Shown: positions 47,414 through 47,582 of the stretch, in pieces
Layout of the letters: each line of letters starts with the position of its first letter
Numbering within the stretch: position 1 is the stretch's first letter
Assembly (NCBI RefSeq): GCF_001194135.2
Contig: NC_068992.1
Coordinates: 55,593,845 to 55,641,426, forward strand
Direction of reading: 5' to 3'
Source of the DNA: Octopus bimaculoides
Taxonomy: Eukaryota
Length of the DNA: 47,582 nt
Translations under genes and position numbers: made by a program
The notes under the pieces: model-generated
Seen by the model: only the letters and a program-made list of their open reading frames with translations
Told to the model about the DNA's origin: nothing
Database searches by the model: none

Positions 47414-47582
47414 GCTGTGTGAGTATAATTGTTCTAGAGGCATCTGCTGCATTTTTATATATGCATACTCTCATACACATATACATATATATATATACAT
47501 ATCTATGCATATATTTATGCGTGTATATATATATAATTCATGTCCATTGTCCGGAAATCATGTATTATATATATATATATAT

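Overview
AT-rich, microsatellite-saturated eukaryotic DNA with 11 assembly gaps, most flanked by simple repeats. The SINE and repeat repertoire is what I recognise from coleoid cephalopods (Octopus-like); this is recognition from memory, not a database result. I could not identify any intact host gene, and most listed ORFs are microsatellite or N-gap artefacts. The window is an intronic or intergenic transposable-element graveyard. It holds a DD34D mariner 3' half with TIR, a Tc1/mariner C-terminus and a possible mariner N-terminus. It also holds Penelope-like element (PLE) RT and GIY-YIG remnants, three R4-clade-like (RLE) LINE fragments, two RTE-type 3' ends (one with two C2H2 fingers), a Helitron 5' end with RepHel N-terminal remnants, and about 20 tRNA-derived SINE copies from four families. 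The most interesting signal is a set of minimal type-I hammerhead ribozyme motifs in PLE-type repeats. One is near-intact (16753-16843, minus strand) and a second follows 134 nt downstream. Other notable items are a 90-bp-arm fold-back palindrome made from a LINE fragment, a zinc-finger LINE end embedded in a (TATG)n array, and head-to-tail SINE concatemers joined at an AGAAAC microhomology.
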